Shown: positions 61,693 to 64,000 of the stretch, piece by piece | Layout: each line of letters starts with the position of its first letter | How positions within the stretch are numbered: the first letter of the stretch is position 1 | Origin: Eledone cirrhosa | Taxonomy: Eukaryota | Reading direction: 5' to 3' | Assembly (NCBI GenBank): GCA_964016885.1 | Contig: CAXHJY010001756.1 | Location: forward strand, 1 to 64,000 | DNA: 64,000 nucleotides | Translations under genes and position numbers: made by a program | The notes under the pieces: generated by a model | The model's input: only the letters and a program-made list of their open reading frames with translations | Database searches by the model: none | Told to the model about the DNA's origin: nothing

Positions 61693-62285
61693 CATAATAA
61701 TGGTACAATCACACCTGTATGAATAGGAAAAGAAATCTAGGATGTATGATAATGGTAATAATTATATATATAAGCATTAGCAATGTTTATTTTCATTCAT
61801 GTTACTTTATTCATATAAGTTTTATTCATGAGACTTTGTTCACGTAAATATCTATCTAAGGATGTCGTAACTGTTACATAACAGTTACCATCGAAATGTG
61901 TATTACAATGATCTGTTACAAAAAAATATGGCAAATTCTAATCTACTGACTTCTACATGAAAGTTATAGCAATATACCCGAGTAAACAATCGTACACATA
62001 CACTTCGGCGAGACTCTATCTTGTGTACACTAGTATCGGTTGATAAACTAACACAACATATACCAAGTACGCACACACGCACTCATACACACACACCCAC
62101 ACACATATATGCACACCCACATATACACACACACACATATATGCACACGCACACACACAAACACATATACACACACACACACAAAAACACATATACACAC
62201 ACAAACACATATACACACATACACACACAAACACATATACACACACACACACACACATACACATATATATATATATGGCGAGAGA

Positions 62286-62317
<32 letters not shown>

Positions 62318-62646
62318 TACAAGTATGTTCAGTCATAATATGTTGATAACGTTTTGATATGGAACAACGCGTGAGACAGAACTATTTCTAACGTTTTCAA
62401 TAGCGATTTTGAACACAGTGACCTTAAGAGAACTGTTTGAATTGAAAACTGAGTTAACTAACACCTTTTTATTGATTTGGTTAGGAGTAAATTAAAGTAA
62501 TTTCAATTTTGTTTTTAGTTTGATATTCATTTGTAAATTCCAAATATAGTAACATTTAAGAGGGTGTTTAACAGTGAAGGTGTCCTCAATTCTAAAATAC
62601 CAGTACGAGTACACGTATTTATATACAAGTATACATATATAGAAGT

Positions 62647-62684
<38 letters not shown>

Positions 62685-62685
62685 T

Positions 62686-62781
<96 letters not shown>

Positions 62782-62903
62782 CCTTTGTATATATATATAC
62801 CTATGTAAATATATATATGCCTATGTATATATAAATATATATTTATATGTATGTATATATATATATACATATGTATATACATATATATACATATGTATAT
62901 GTA

Positions 62904-62934
<31 letters not shown>

Positions 62935-63170
62935 ATATATATTTATTAAAATAACAGATTAAAGTTTAAGCAAAGAATTCCTGCTTTCACCCTTAACGGG
63001 ATTTTCTGAAAGTAAAAAAAATCAATCTGGATTTTAGTCTTCAAATAAATTATTATTATATATATATATATGTATATATATATATAAATATGTATATGTA
63101 TATATATATAAACATATGTATATGTTTATATATAAACATATGTATATGTATGTATATAAATATATGTATA

Positions 63171-63218
<48 letters not shown>

Positions 63219-63221
<3 letters not shown>

Positions 63222-63641
63222 TTGCAAGGTTTGTATATGAAATCGTGTGTCAAAAAAAATATTGTTATAGTTGGGGAGGGTCATATTGTTGTAATAATAT
63301 TGCCAATATTGATAACAGAACACACTCACTGTTTGGTTGGTTTTCGCTTCTGTATCTTTTATATCAATTAATTTATTCCGTCCTCAATGTTTACCATTGA
63401 CTGACCAACGGTCAACAATACAGATATAATATAGACATAAACACATATATATAGTCTAACAAAGTTCTTTCGTTGCACATCTGCAACATCGTCAGTGGTG
63501 CTATTATGTTTCCTCCTGTTGTAGTCAGGACCGAATAAATATAAAAGATAAATATAAAAGATACAGAAACGAAAACCAACCAAACAGTTCTGTTAATAAT
63601 TCTGGCAATATTATTACAACAATATGACCCTCCCCAAGTAA

Positions 63642-63648
<7 letters not shown>
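63219..63648. mobile_element. Head-to-head family B pLTR pair with HHR at 63458-63499 (-)
   Basis: The left arm has the tail; the right arm 63527-63648 is inverted and internally deleted. The HHR reads CUGACGA-u-guugca/gaug/ugcaac-GAAA-gaac-UU. Confidence 0.82.
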
Positions 63649-63696
<48 letters not shown>

Positions 63697-63699
63697 TAT

Positions 63700-64000
63700 T
63701 GTTTACGGAGGCATATCAGGGTGTAGGAGGCTTATCCGGGATTTCTTGAAGGAATTTATCCAAAGACTTCTTGAACTTGATGGGGTCTCTCTCTGCTTTG
63801 ATGTGTTTTGGTGTAATGTTAAAGAGTGCAGGGCCAATAGAGGTGTAATAATTGTGCCGTATTGTTGTTATGTGATGCGAGTGGGATTTTTGTCGTGAGC
63901 GGATAGCACGAGGCCCAAAGCTTGGGTGTACACTAAAGGTGATGCGAACATCATTTGGGCTAAGCTGATGGAATATTTTCCACATCATACAGATAATGAA
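63700..64000 (-). mobile_element. CR1/L2-like LINE ORF2 C-terminus, running off the window
   Basis: MWKI...GPALFN..P..I......FKKSLDKFL..IPDKP. Confidence 0.75.

Overview
This is an AT-rich eukaryotic repeat region. The tRNA-derived SINEs and extreme (TA)n load suggest an octopus or other coleoid cephalopod, though that is inference. I can support no intact host gene, and almost all long ORFs in the track are (TA)n/(CA)n translation artefacts. The window is dominated by Penelope-like retroelements (PLEs) inserted in (TA)n. There are three Naiad-like RT/GIY-YIG copies (31043-35290, 37159-40366, 48488-50490), a Neptune-like GIY-YIG family that the ORF track misses, and about 19 head-to-head fold-back insertions of 0.09-4.2 kb. 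Reading by eye gives about 20 type I hammerhead ribozyme (HHR) motifs from about 10 families. Besides canonical CUGANGA cores there are recurrent variant cores: UUGANAA, CCGAAGA and CAGAAGA. Most have palindromic stem III loops. The head-to-head insertions follow a fixed asymmetry: one arm keeps the 3' tail and the other stops at a fixed internal site. Also present are a near full-length, degenerate Tx1/L1-clade LINE in an (AAT)n tract (55661-61494), R4/Dong-like, RTE and CR1-like LINE fragments, a Helitron remnant, SINEs, and kb-scale (TA)n arrays each punctuated by its own marker motif. All coordinates and folds were derived by eye.
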